Shown: piece by piece, positions 9,356 to 18,117 of the stretch
Layout of the letters: each line of letters begins with the position of its first letter
How positions within the stretch are numbered: position 1 is the first letter of the stretch
Source of the DNA: Bacteroidota bacterium
Lineage (GTDB): Bacteria > Bacteroidota > Bacteroidia > Bacteroidales > VadinHA17
NCBI GenBank assembly: GCA_029564935.1
Contig: JAKQPD010000406.1
Coordinates: 152 to 64,151, forward strand
DNA: 64,000 nt
Reading direction: 5' to 3'
The notes under the pieces: model-generated
Database searches by the model: none
Told to the model about the DNA's origin: nothing
Seen by the model: the letters and a program-made list of their open reading frames with translations, nothing else
Made by a program: the position numbers and the translations under genes

Positions 9356-9390
9356 AAAGCAAAAGGCAGGATCTTTTGCTTTTTTTGTTT
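9356..9390 (+). terminator. Rho-independent terminator
   Basis: Perfect 10-bp stem AAAGCAAAAG/CTTTTGCTTT (9356-9365 / 9373-9382) with a 7-nt loop, followed by TTTTTGTTT. Confidence 0.85.
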
Positions 9391-9521
9391 CTTATAATGG
9401 GTATACAAATAATTGTATTTCAATAAGTCCACCCCTGGGGGATTTAGGGGTGAAAAGACAAAAACTGACTTTTCACATAATCTCTAGACGGAAGGCAATA
9501 ATTTACAGCAAAATTCTACAG

Positions 9522-10226
9522 ATGAAATATTCTGAGATTATCCGACAGGCTGAAGACTCTTTTCTCGGGTCTGTGGAAGATTTCTTTAAAAAAGCCTGGG
9601 GAGAAACTGATCTTCCGTCACATGATCTTGATCATCACCGAAGGGTATGGAATTATGTAAAAGAGATCCTCGGGTACTACAGCGAACCGGAAATAAATCA
9701 GAAAATTATAATCAACCTGTTAATTGCCAGCTACTTTCACGATATCGGAATGTCAGAAGACCAGGGGATCAGACACGGTTACCGGAGCAGGATGGCTGCT
9801 GAGAGCTATCTGACTCTGAACAGATTAAGATTATCCGATCACATGGATGCACTAACGGCAATAGAAAATCATGACAACAAGGAATACGGTAACCCGGAAA
9901 GCAGCAATATTATCCTGAAGATACTTTCTGTGGCTGATGATCTTGATGCTTTCGGAAGCGAGGGTATTACGAGATATTTAGAGATTTACCGCGCGAGGGG
10001 AATCTCTGAAGAAAGTATAGGTTATAAGATCCTCGAAAATGCTGAATCCCGTTTTGAAAATTTCAAAAAATTTACAGAACCCGGTTCTGAGTTATTCAAC
10101 ATTCACAGTATCCGGTATAATGAACTCCGGGAGTACTTTGAAGGAAATAACCGGACCGGCATGGGATGGAAATCCGGGGGAGAACAATCCGGATCTGATC
10201 AGCATTCGCCTTCATCGAACAAATGA
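9522..10226 (+). CDS. HD-domain phosphohydrolase family protein
   Basis: HDLDHHRRV ... YFHDIGM ... ADDLDAFG (HD motif). I prefer the ATG at 9522. The ORF track starts at a GTG at 9450. The 3' end overlaps the dinB 3' end by 28 bp in convergent orientation. Confidence 0.75.
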   Translation: MKYSEIIRQAEDSFLGSVEDFFKKAWGETDLPSHDLDHHRRVWNYVKEILGYYSEPEINQKIIINLLIASYFHDIGMSEDQGIRHGYRSRMAAESYLTLNRLRLSDHMDALTAIENHDNKEYGNPESSNIILKILSVADDLDAFGSEGITRYLEIYRARGISEESIGYKILENAESRFENFKKFTEPGSELFNIHSIRYNELREYFEGNNRTGMGWKSGGEQSGSDQHSPSSNK

Positions 10227-11272
10227 AGCTGCCTGTCCTCATCATCATCCGACTCGAGGTTTGAAACGCTCACTCCCAAAAGTCGAATTTTATTACCGGG
10301 CAGATCGAGTGATTTTCTTATTTCAGTAACAGCTTTATGAAGTGTTTCAAAGTCCCTTATATAATTTCTGAGTGTCCGGCTTCGCGTTATCTGCCTGAAA
10401 TCTGCAAATTTAACTTTTAATGTGACGGTCCTCCCGGTAGTTCCTGCCTGTTCAAGCCTGTGCATAAGTTCCCTTTCAACCTTATAAAGCTCAGCAATGA
10501 TCCCGAATTGAGTTGTCAGATCCTTTTCATATGTAAGCTCAGTTCCGACAGATTTGCGTTCGGATTCGGTTTCAACCGGACGGTCGTCAATACCACGGGC
10601 AATATCATAATAAAATTTTCCGGCCTTACCGAAATTTCTTATCAGTGAAGGCAGATCCCATTTCTTCAGGTCGGCTCCGTTATGGATGCCCAGCTTGTGC
10701 ATTTTTTCAGCCGTGACCTTCCCGATCCCAAAAAACTTTTCAACGGGCAGCTTTTCAATAAATCCTTCAGCTTCTTCAGGCGGAATTAGAAATAACCCAT
10801 CAGGCTTTTTTATGTCAGATGCAATCTTTGCCAGGAATTTGTTGACAGATATTCCGGCTGAAGCTGTCAGTCCTGTCCGCTTTTTTATCTCCTGCTTTAT
10901 CTCGCGGGCTATTAGGGTAGCTGATTTTATATTTTTCTTATCGACTGTAACATCAAGAAATGCCTCATCGATCGATAATGGTTCGATGATGTCTGTATAC
11001 TCAGTGAAAATTCCGAAAACCTGTTCTGACAGTTCATGGTATCTTTCAAACCTGTGCCTGACAAATATCAGTTGCGGGCAAAGTTTCCGGGCAGTGACGG
11101 AAGGCATTGCCGATCTGACACCATACTTCCTTGCCTCGTAGCTTGCAGCTGCAACAACATGTCGTTCACCACTTCCGCCGACAGCAACAGGTTTCCCTCT
11201 CAGTTCAGGATTATCCAGCTGTTCAACCGATGCAAAGAATGCATCCATATCGATATGAATTATCTTTCTCAA
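10199..11272 (-). CDS. dinB: DNA polymerase IV (Y-family translesion polymerase)
   Basis: MRKIIHIDMDAFFASVEQLDNPELRGKPVAVGG, SIDEAFLDV and a length of 357 aa. Confidence 0.95.
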   Translation of the reverse strand: MRKIIHIDMDAFFASVEQLDNPELRGKPVAVGGSGERHVVAAASYEARKYGVRSAMPSVTARKLCPQLIFVRHRFERYHELSEQVFGIFTEYTDIIEPLSIDEAFLDVTVDKKNIKSATLIAREIKQEIKKRTGLTASAGISVNKFLAKIASDIKKPDGLFLIPPEEAEGFIEKLPVEKFFGIGKVTAEKMHKLGIHNGADLKKWDLPSLIRNFGKAGKFYYDIARGIDDRPVETESERKSVGTELTYEKDLTTQFGIIAELYKVERELMHRLEQAGTTGRTVTLKVKFADFRQITRSRTLRNYIRDFETLHKAVTEIRKSLDLPGNKIRLLGVSVSNLESDDDEDRQLHLFDEGEC

Positions 11273-11308
11273 TTGATTTCAAAACTAAGAAGAAAATATT
11301 TCAATCAA

Positions 11309-11316
11309 TAAGTTTG
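11309..11316 (+). promoter_or_regulatory. Candidate -7 promoter box (TAAGTTTG)
   Basis: Matches TAnnTTTG, 45 nt upstream of the SNF2 helicase start. Confidence 0.3.
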
Positions 11317-11360
11317 AATTTTCTTAAACCTCTCTTAAATTTATAATTTTTTACCCGAAA

Positions 11361-14297
11361 TTGGATCAGACACCTGAAAACAGACAAAGAAAATTTGCCC
11401 TTATTCTGACATCGCACAGGCTCTGGGGAAAGATATTCCTTCCTTATCTTATAGCAGGTGTGCCCGGGAAAAAATATATTATCCTGTCAGAATGCCTTTC
11501 ACCTTACCCGTCCGAGGAGACTTTAAAAACCCTCGACAGTGAAGAGATTGAACTTGTCAGAATCACAAATGAATATTCCGACAGGCCCATTTACAGGCTC
11601 TATTCAAAAGACAAAAGCGTTAAGGAATTCCTTGAAAATGTCTCACAGGAAAAAATTGAAAAATTCATAAGACCATATATTGAAAAAAGGTTAAGGAAAT
11701 GTTATTATCTTCTGAGGGATGAAGGCATTCCATGTTTCATCAGCAGATCACATTCCAACATTGTTCACCCTGAAGACCAGCTTGATTTTCTTGCTGAACC
11801 GGCTGTTCCTCTGTTCCGGTTCGACAGGTCTGATGAATCTGTTACATATAAATTAAAAATCGAATCTGAAGGTAAAAAGATAGAATTATATCATAATCCC
11901 ATCGATATTCTGTGCAACAGTCCATGCATAATTAGAAATGGAAACAAAGTATTGTTGATCAAAGATATCGATGGTCAGAAGCTTCGCCCCTTCCTTACAA
12001 AGGAGGCTGTAATAGTTCCTAAGAACACTGAAACCAGGTACTTCTCAGGATTTATCCTGAACGCTGTAAACAGTTTTAAAACAGAAGGTACAGGATTCAG
12101 AATTATTAATCCTGTTCCCGAAAAGAAAGTATCAATAAGTCTTGAGAACAGTATCAGAGGATATCCTGTGTTAATTCTGAGCTATTACTATTCAGGCATC
12201 CTGGTATCGCCTGATGATGAGTCGGAGAATTTCACAACATTTGAGAACAAGGGAGGGGAGTTTATTTTTCACAAATACGGTCGTGATCTGAAATGGGAAG
12301 AAGGTTGCAGGGATTTCCTACTGGAAGCGGGTTTTAATTCAGATGACCAGGTCAATTATTACCTGCAGGATGATGATCTGAAACCTGTTAAAGATGTACA
12401 CAGGGTTATTGAAGCAATGAACAGGAATTATGAGAACTTTGTTTCTGCCGGCTTTATTGTTTTTTCCAGGCGGCTTGATAAAGAATATAATCTCAAACCT
12501 GTAAATATTGAAATCAGCAATTTAAAGGAGGGCGACTGGTTTGATCTTCAGGCCACTGTAACGATCGGAGAATATCAATTCCCGTTTATCCGGTTTAAGC
12601 ATAATATCCTGAACGAGATACATGAGTTTGAGTTACCGGATGGCACCATTGCAATTCTTCCTGCTGAATGGTTTACAGAATACCGGAGCTTATTTGAGTT
12701 CGGGAAAGATCAGAACGGATCAATAAGGATACACAAGCAGCATTTCCCCTTACTTATTGAAATTCTTAAAGAGGAAGAAAACGAGTCATTTAGATATCTT
12801 GAGAAGCTCCTTATGCCTGAAGAACTGCCATTGCCTGTGAAACCATCCGGACTTAAATGCGAAATGAGGGGGTACCAGTTTGAAGGATTAGGATGGCTGA
12901 TCTGGCTACAGTCATCAGGGCTTGGAGGATGTCTTGCCGATGATATGGGACTTGGAAAAACAATACAGACACTTGCTCTGCTGCAATTGAACAAAGAAAC
13001 AATTCCTGCCTCAGGAAAGGTTTCAGGGAAACCACAATTAACTCTTTTCGATAAACCTTCTGTAAACCTTACCTCATTAATTATCGTTCCTCCGACAATT
13101 ATCCACAACTGGGAGAACGAAATTTACAGGTTTGTCCCCGGAATGAAGGTGTACAGACATAAGGGAACGCAACGTGACCGTCATGCTATGAACTTTTCGG
13201 GATATGATATTGTACTTTCAAGCTATCATACTGTGCGACAGGATATTGATCTCTTTACATCATTCCATTTCCATTATATTATTCTGGATGAAAGCCAGTA
13301 CATTAAAAATCCCTCATCACAGATATATAGAAGTGTTACCAGGCTGAAATCTGATCACAAGCTTGTTCTGACGGGAACGCCCGTAGAAAATTCAATTACA
13401 GATCTATGGGCCCAGCTCAATTTTGTAAACCCCGGGCTGCTTGGTTCCCTTTCATATTTCAGACGTGAATTTGCCAGACCTATTGAAAAAGAGCGTAATG
13501 ATGAGATTGAGACAAAACTGAAAAAGCTTATCAGACCATTTATTTTAAGGCGGAAGAAAGAGATGGTAACACCGGAACTACCGCCGGTTACGGAACAGAC
13601 TGTTTTTTGTGAGATGACAGAGGAACAGGCAAAGATTTATGAAGAAGAAAAATCGGCTGTCAGGAATCTCATCATGAGCGGAATGGAACATAAAGAAGCT
13701 GTAAAGACTGCGATCATTGTTTTACAGGGACTTATGAGGCTCAGGCAGATATCCAATCATCCTGTGATGGCAGATGAAGAATATGCGGGAGGCTCCGGGA
13801 AGTTTGAAACAATTCTGGACAATATTGAGAATGTTGTCAATGAAGGACATAAAATACTTGTATTCTCATCATTTGTTATGCACCTGAAACTGTTTTCAGA
13901 GGCGCTTGAAGAAAGAAACAGAAGGTTTTCGATGCTGACAGGGGCCACTACCAACAGGAAGAAAGTTATAGAAGGTTTTCAGAATGATCCTGACAACCAT
14001 ATCTTTCTGATATCACTGAAAGCAGGGGGAACAGGATTAAATCTGACATCGGCTGATTATGTATTTATTCTTGATCCGTGGTGGAATCCTGCTGCCGAGC
14101 TTCAGGCGCTCAGCAGGGCACACAGGATAGGCCAGGACAAGAATGTTTTCATTTACCGGTACATAACCTCAGGAACCCTCGAAGAAAAGATCCTGAGACT
14201 TCAGGAGAAAAAATCCAAACTTGCCGAGTCCTTTGTCGCAACTTCCAATCCCCTCAGGGATATAGATATAAAGGAGATCCTCGAAATAATCGGGTAA
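11361..14297 (+). CDS. SNF2/RapA-family DEAD/DEAH helicase with about 480-aa uncharacterised N-terminal region
   Basis: LADDMGLGKT (motif I), ILDESQYIKN (DExx), LTGTPVEN, SLKAGGTGLNLT and RAHRIGQ. TTG start according to the ORF track. Confidence 0.9.
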   Translation: MDQTPENRQRKFALILTSHRLWGKIFLPYLIAGVPGKKYIILSECLSPYPSEETLKTLDSEEIELVRITNEYSDRPIYRLYSKDKSVKEFLENVSQEKIEKFIRPYIEKRLRKCYYLLRDEGIPCFISRSHSNIVHPEDQLDFLAEPAVPLFRFDRSDESVTYKLKIESEGKKIELYHNPIDILCNSPCIIRNGNKVLLIKDIDGQKLRPFLTKEAVIVPKNTETRYFSGFILNAVNSFKTEGTGFRIINPVPEKKVSISLENSIRGYPVLILSYYYSGILVSPDDESENFTTFENKGGEFIFHKYGRDLKWEEGCRDFLLEAGFNSDDQVNYYLQDDDLKPVKDVHRVIEAMNRNYENFVSAGFIVFSRRLDKEYNLKPVNIEISNLKEGDWFDLQATVTIGEYQFPFIRFKHNILNEIHEFELPDGTIAILPAEWFTEYRSLFEFGKDQNGSIRIHKQHFPLLIEILKEEENESFRYLEKLLMPEELPLPVKPSGLKCEMRGYQFEGLGWLIWLQSSGLGGCLADDMGLGKTIQTLALLQLNKETIPASGKVSGKPQLTLFDKPSVNLTSLIIVPPTIIHNWENEIYRFVPGMKVYRHKGTQRDRHAMNFSGYDIVLSSYHTVRQDIDLFTSFHFHYIILDESQYIKNPSSQIYRSVTRLKSDHKLVLTGTPVENSITDLWAQLNFVNPGLLGSLSYFRREFARPIEKERNDEIETKLKKLIRPFILRRKKEMVTPELPPVTEQTVFCEMTEEQAKIYEEEKSAVRNLIMSGMEHKEAVKTAIIVLQGLMRLRQISNHPVMADEEYAGGSGKFETILDNIENVVNEGHKILVFSSFVMHLKLFSEALEERNRRFSMLTGATTNRKKVIEGFQNDPDNHIFLISLKAGGTGLNLTSADYVFILDPWWNPAAELQALSRAHRIGQDKNVFIYRYITSGTLEEKILRLQEKKSKLAESFVATSNPLRDIDIKEILEIIG

Positions 14298-14328
14298 AAA
14301 AAAAGCCGGTTGAGACCGGCTTTTTTTC
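14298..14328. terminator. Bidirectional rho-independent terminator between convergent genes
   Basis: A-run, then stem AAAGCCGGT / ACCGGCTTT with loop TGAG, then a T-run. Confidence 0.85.
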
Positions 14329-16108
14329 AATATCCTTCCCGTTCCACATAATGTGTATGGAGCAGTTCGTGAGCCAGATGGCTGTTTGGCTTCCCGAGGA
14401 ATTCCTTGTAAATGGCTATTACATCCGGATTTTCGTGTGATTTCCGGAGAACCATATGTTCATCCTCCGAATAGATTGCCTTCATACGTTTTTTCCTGAT
14501 GTCCATGCTTGTTGGAATAGGCTGTCCGCCACCACCTATACAACCTCCCGGGCAGGCCATTATTTCAACAAAATGGTATGGCGATTTGCCCGTTCTTACT
14601 TCTCTCATTATCTTGTTGGCATTTACTAACCCGTGGGCAATAGCTACCTTCAGTTCGGCACCCTCGAGGAATTTCCAGTCGTCGGTACATCCTTCGATCT
14701 TGATTGTTGCTTCTTTCACGCCCTCCATACCGCGGACAGGAGTAATATTCAGATTTGTGAAAGGAACTTCTTTTCCAGTAACTATCTCATAGGCAGTACG
14801 CAGTGCAGCCTCCATTACACCTCCGGTGGCACCGAAAATGACTGCAGCGCCTGTTGAATCACCCATTACAGAATCATAATGAGAAGGTTCAAGATTCCTG
14901 AAATCTATACCTGCCTGCTTGATCATTACGGCAAGTTCACGGGTTGTAAGGACAAAATCAATATCCTTATATCCGCTTGATCTCATTTCCGGCCGATCGG
15001 CTTCATATTTCTTCGCCGTACAGGGCATAACTGATACTGAGACTACCTTTGAGGGATCAAGTTTCTTCTTCTGGGCATAGAATGTCTTTGCAAGTGCTCC
15101 GAACATTTGCTGGGGCGATTTACAGGTAGAAAGGTTATGAAGAAATTCAGGGTATTTATGTTCAATGAATTTTATCCAGCCTGGAGAACAGGATGTAAAC
15201 ATAGGTATTGATGTTTTCTTATCGCCGTCGACAAGAACCTTCTTCAGCCGGGTAAGTAACTCCGTACCTTCTTCCATAATTGTAAGGTCAGCGCTGAAGT
15301 CTGTATCAAGTACGGAGTCAAATCCCAGTTGTCGGAGGGCAGTGACCATCTTCCCTGTAACACGTTCTCCGGGATCATATCCCAGATCTTCACCCAGGGC
15401 TACTCTCACTGCAGGTGCGGTTTGTACAACGACATGTTTTTCAGGATCGTATATAGCATCCCATACCTGGTCGATATATGTCTTTTCAACGAGTGCACCT
15501 GTAGGGCAGCGGTTTACACACTGACCACAATTTGTACAAACAACGTGGCTCATAGGCCGGTCGTGGAATGAAGATATCTTCTGGTGCATTCCCTTGTTTG
15601 CCACAGCAATTGCTGAAATATGCTGTAATTCCGTACATGTTCTCACACATCTCTGGCAACGGATGCATTTGCTGTCATCCTTGATAAATGAAGGCGAGGA
15701 TCTGTCAATGGTATAGGGGCGATCCTGAACCAGGTCGAGGAATATTGTATCTCCGAAGGCAAATTCATTTGCCAGTCGCTGTAGTTCGCATTTCTGATTT
15801 TTGTAACATTTTGTGCAATCCGACCTGTGTTCTGAAAGCAGGAGCTCAACAATATGTTTCCTTGCATTTCTTACTTTCAGGGTATTTGTTTGTATATCCA
15901 TACCTTCTGCGGCAGGCATTGCACACGCGGCGATCAGTGTTCTTGCCCCGGTCTGTTCGACTACACAAACCCGGCAGTTACCTGCAACGCAAAGGTCGGG
16001 ATGGTTACATAATGTCGGAATGTTAATATTAAGTTTCCTTGCAGCCTCCAGAACAGTAGTGCCCGGCTGAACTGAAACTCTCTGGTTATTTATACTCAGA
16101 TTTATCAT
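14327..16108 (-). CDS. hydA: [FeFe]-hydrogenase catalytic subunit (HydA of NuoE/NuoF-linked trimeric type)
   Basis: H-cluster motifs TSCSPGW, MPCTAKKYE and EIMACPGGCIGGGGQP. N-terminal 2Fe-2S, His-ligated cluster (HRSDCTKC...C) and two CxxCxxCxxxCP motifs. Confidence 0.95.
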   Translation of the reverse strand: MINLSINNQRVSVQPGTTVLEAARKLNINIPTLCNHPDLCVAGNCRVCVVEQTGARTLIAACAMPAAEGMDIQTNTLKVRNARKHIVELLLSEHRSDCTKCYKNQKCELQRLANEFAFGDTIFLDLVQDRPYTIDRSSPSFIKDDSKCIRCQRCVRTCTELQHISAIAVANKGMHQKISSFHDRPMSHVVCTNCGQCVNRCPTGALVEKTYIDQVWDAIYDPEKHVVVQTAPAVRVALGEDLGYDPGERVTGKMVTALRQLGFDSVLDTDFSADLTIMEEGTELLTRLKKVLVDGDKKTSIPMFTSCSPGWIKFIEHKYPEFLHNLSTCKSPQQMFGALAKTFYAQKKKLDPSKVVSVSVMPCTAKKYEADRPEMRSSGYKDIDFVLTTRELAVMIKQAGIDFRNLEPSHYDSVMGDSTGAAVIFGATGGVMEAALRTAYEIVTGKEVPFTNLNITPVRGMEGVKEATIKIEGCTDDWKFLEGAELKVAIAHGLVNANKIMREVRTGKSPYHFVEIMACPGGCIGGGGQPIPTSMDIRKKRMKAIYSEDEHMVLRKSHENPDVIAIYKEFLGKPNSHLAHELLHTHYVEREGY

Positions 16109-16129
16109 TATTTCGCTATGATTTAGTAA

Positions 16130-17290
16130 TTAATAGATGATCTCTTCCCTGAAATTCTCAACAATTGTCTTGAAGGCATTGCCCACTGATTGTCCGAGTC
16201 CGCATTTTGAAGCTACTTTCATAGTATCTGCGAGCTTGACCAGTTCATTAAGATAAGTCGATTTTACTTCTCCCTTTTTGACCTTCTCTACACCTTTGAG
16301 CAACTGCTGGCAACCGACCCGGCAAGGGGTACATTGTCCGCATGATTCTTCCGCGAAGAAATCCAGGTAATTATGAAGAACGTTATACATTGATCTTGAG
16401 CTGTTGAATAACTTCATCGATCCTCCTGTGGGAACGCCTTCAAATCCTATCACTGTCTGTTCAAATCGTTTTCTGGGGACACAGAAGCCTGAAGCACCGC
16501 CAACCTGTACAGCTTTTGTATCACCATCGCCGAATTCATTGACGAATTCCTGTACCGACATGCCAAGTTCAAGTTCAAAGATCCCCGGGGTAGGAGTATC
16601 ACCGGATATGGAGAATACTTTTGAACCCCTTGAGTCTTTTGTACCAAGCTGGCTGTATGATTCAGGACCGTGTTTAATGATCATCATTGATGTAACCAGG
16701 GTCTCAACATTATTTATTGAAGTCGGCTTGCCGAATACACCTGATGTTGTGGGGTACGGTGGTTTATTGCGGGGTTCACCGCGACCACCCTCTACTGATT
16801 CAAAAAGTGCACTTTCCTCACCGCAAATATATGCGCCGCTCCCCATACAGAAATTTATCCTGAAATCATAACCGATCTCCTTTACAAGCTTGTGAAATTT
16901 TTCCAGTTCCATCATCAGCTGAGGCAGAAGGAATTTATATTCACCTCGCAGGTAAACAATACCCTTCTTCGCTCCTATTGCCCTGGCTGCTATAGCCATG
17001 CCTCCATAAACCTTGTAAGCAACCCTGTCCAGAATCTCGCGATCTTTGAATGTACCTGGCTCGCCTTCATCTGCATTGCATACAACATACTTTTCAGGCT
17101 CTTTGACCGCTGCTGTATATTTCCATTTCAGACCTGTAGGGAAACCGGCACCACCACGTCCCTTCAGTCCGGAATCAAGCACCTGCTGAATTATATCTGC
17201 AGGAGACATCTTAAAAGCTATTGTAAGTACTTCTTTCGGATCTATTTTTTCAAAGATCAGATCTACTTTGTTCAGTCCTCTTTTTTCCAT
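16130..17290 (-). CDS. hydB: NuoF-like NAD(H)/FMN-binding hydrogenase beta subunit, minimal form (386 aa)
   Basis: GRGGAGFPTGLKW, CNADEGEPGTFKDR and ESCGQCTPCR...CGLG (N3 cluster). No additional ferredoxin-type CxxCxxCxxxCP domains. Confidence 0.9.
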   Translation of the reverse strand: MEKRGLNKVDLIFEKIDPKEVLTIAFKMSPADIIQQVLDSGLKGRGGAGFPTGLKWKYTAAVKEPEKYVVCNADEGEPGTFKDREILDRVAYKVYGGMAIAARAIGAKKGIVYLRGEYKFLLPQLMMELEKFHKLVKEIGYDFRINFCMGSGAYICGEESALFESVEGGRGEPRNKPPYPTTSGVFGKPTSINNVETLVTSMMIIKHGPESYSQLGTKDSRGSKVFSISGDTPTPGIFELELGMSVQEFVNEFGDGDTKAVQVGGASGFCVPRKRFEQTVIGFEGVPTGGSMKLFNSSRSMYNVLHNYLDFFAEESCGQCTPCRVGCQQLLKGVEKVKKGEVKSTYLNELVKLADTMKVASKCGLGQSVGNAFKTIVENFREEIIY

Positions 17291-17302
17291 AATACCACAG
17301 TG

Positions 17303-17770
17303 TTATCTTTTTTGCATATAACCCTTAATAATCTCAACAACCTTTTCCGGTGTAAGCTCGGTATAAGGCATTTCATTTATCAGGATCGCAGGAGCCTTAT
17401 GGCACCACCCAATACAGTTAGTCTCAATCAGACTGAACTGACGATCCGACGTTGTCTCTCCCACCCTTATCTTAAGCATATCCTCCAGGGTTTGAATGAT
17501 TTCACTCTTACCCTTCATTGAACAGGTTATTGTTTTACAAACCCTGATTACATATTTTCCTCTCACGGTTGTATCGAGAAAGGTATAAAATGAGGCCGTT
17601 CCGTAAACTTCAGCTGCCGATATATCAAGCTCTTTCGCAACTTCAACCATTGCCTCGTCGGTAAGGTAATTATGCCTTTCAACAATACCCTGCAGAATAG
17701 GGATAAGACTATCCCTTGCCCTGCCATGCTTGTCGGATAATTCCTTTACTAGATTTCCCAATTGATACAT
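17303..17770 (-). CDS. hydC: NuoE-like thioredoxin-fold [2Fe-2S] hydrogenase gamma subunit
   Basis: 155 aa. Contains VCKTITCSMKG ... CIGWCHKAP. Position is upstream of hydB and hydA. Confidence 0.9.
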   Translation of the reverse strand: MYQLGNLVKELSDKHGRARDSLIPILQGIVERHNYLTDEAMVEVAKELDISAAEVYGTASFYTFLDTTVRGKYVIRVCKTITCSMKGKSEIIQTLEDMLKIRVGETTSDRQFSLIETNCIGWCHKAPAILINEMPYTELTPEKVVEIIKGYMQKR

Positions 17771-17830
17771 TTTAAGTCGGTTTTTATTAGTTAATATAGT
17801 TTTGTTTTACAGTTTCCCTTTTTTTGGGCG

Positions 17831-17848
17831 CTGTGAAATTAATAACAA
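17831..17848. promoter_or_regulatory. Candidate Rex-type operator (CTGTGAAATTAATAACAA) upstream of hydCBA
   Basis: Matches 11 of the 14 defined positions of TTGTGAAnnnnTTCACAA. Lies 61-78 nt upstream of the hydC start. Confidence 0.3.
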
Positions 17849-17908
17849 TAGACTAAAAAAAAACTGAGTAACTCTATTTGTTGATAATTTAGAATTAAAA
17901 TAAACAAT

Positions 17909-18008
17909 GGCACAGCGGCACAGCGGCACACTGGCGCAGGGGCGCAAAGGCGCAATGGTACAGCGGCGCAATGGCTCAATGCGCAATGGCACAGGAGTGC
18001 AACGGCAG
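17909..18008. repeat. Degenerate tandem 8-bp array (GGCRCANN, about 12 units)
   Basis: ggcacagc ggcacagc ggcacact ggcgcagg ggcgcaaa ggcgcaat ggtacagc ggcgcaat ggctcaat ... Confidence 0.9.
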
Positions 18009-18050
18009 AAATTATTAACAAATATTTTTTTAACAATTTTTAACCAGTCT

Positions 18051-18114
18051 GCACAACCGCACGACTGCACGACCACATGACTGCATGACCGCACGACCGC
18101 ACGACCATACTACC
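18051..18114. repeat. Degenerate tandem 8-bp array (GCACGACC, about 8 units)
   Basis: gcacaacc gcacgact gcacgacc acatgact gcatgacc gcacgacc gcacgacc atactacc. Confidence 0.9.
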
Positions 18115-18117
18115 ATC

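Noticed and set aside
9450-9521. GTG start at 9450 for the HD-domain protein.
   Set aside because: The extra 24 residues (MKRQKLTFHIISRRKAIIYSKILQ) look non-native, and an ATG at 9522 begins the recognisable domain. I kept it only as an alternative.
10199-10226. 28-bp convergent overlap of the HD-domain gene and dinB 3' ends.
   Set aside because: Tail-to-tail overlaps of this size are common. The low-complexity C-terminus of the HD protein suggests read-on to the next available stop rather than a regulatory feature.
11280-11287. CAAAACTA (the reverse complement of TAnnTTTG) 8 nt upstream of the dinB ATG, as a possible promoter.
   Set aside because: It would imply an essentially leaderless transcript. 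It is too close to the start codon to call without data.
17807-18094. ORFs 17807-18094 and 17839-18036 (Cys/Ala/Pro/Leu/Arg-rich low-complexity proteins).
   Set aside because: They are translations of the octamer arrays. Their periodic low-complexity sequence has no start context, so I treat them as non-coding repeats.
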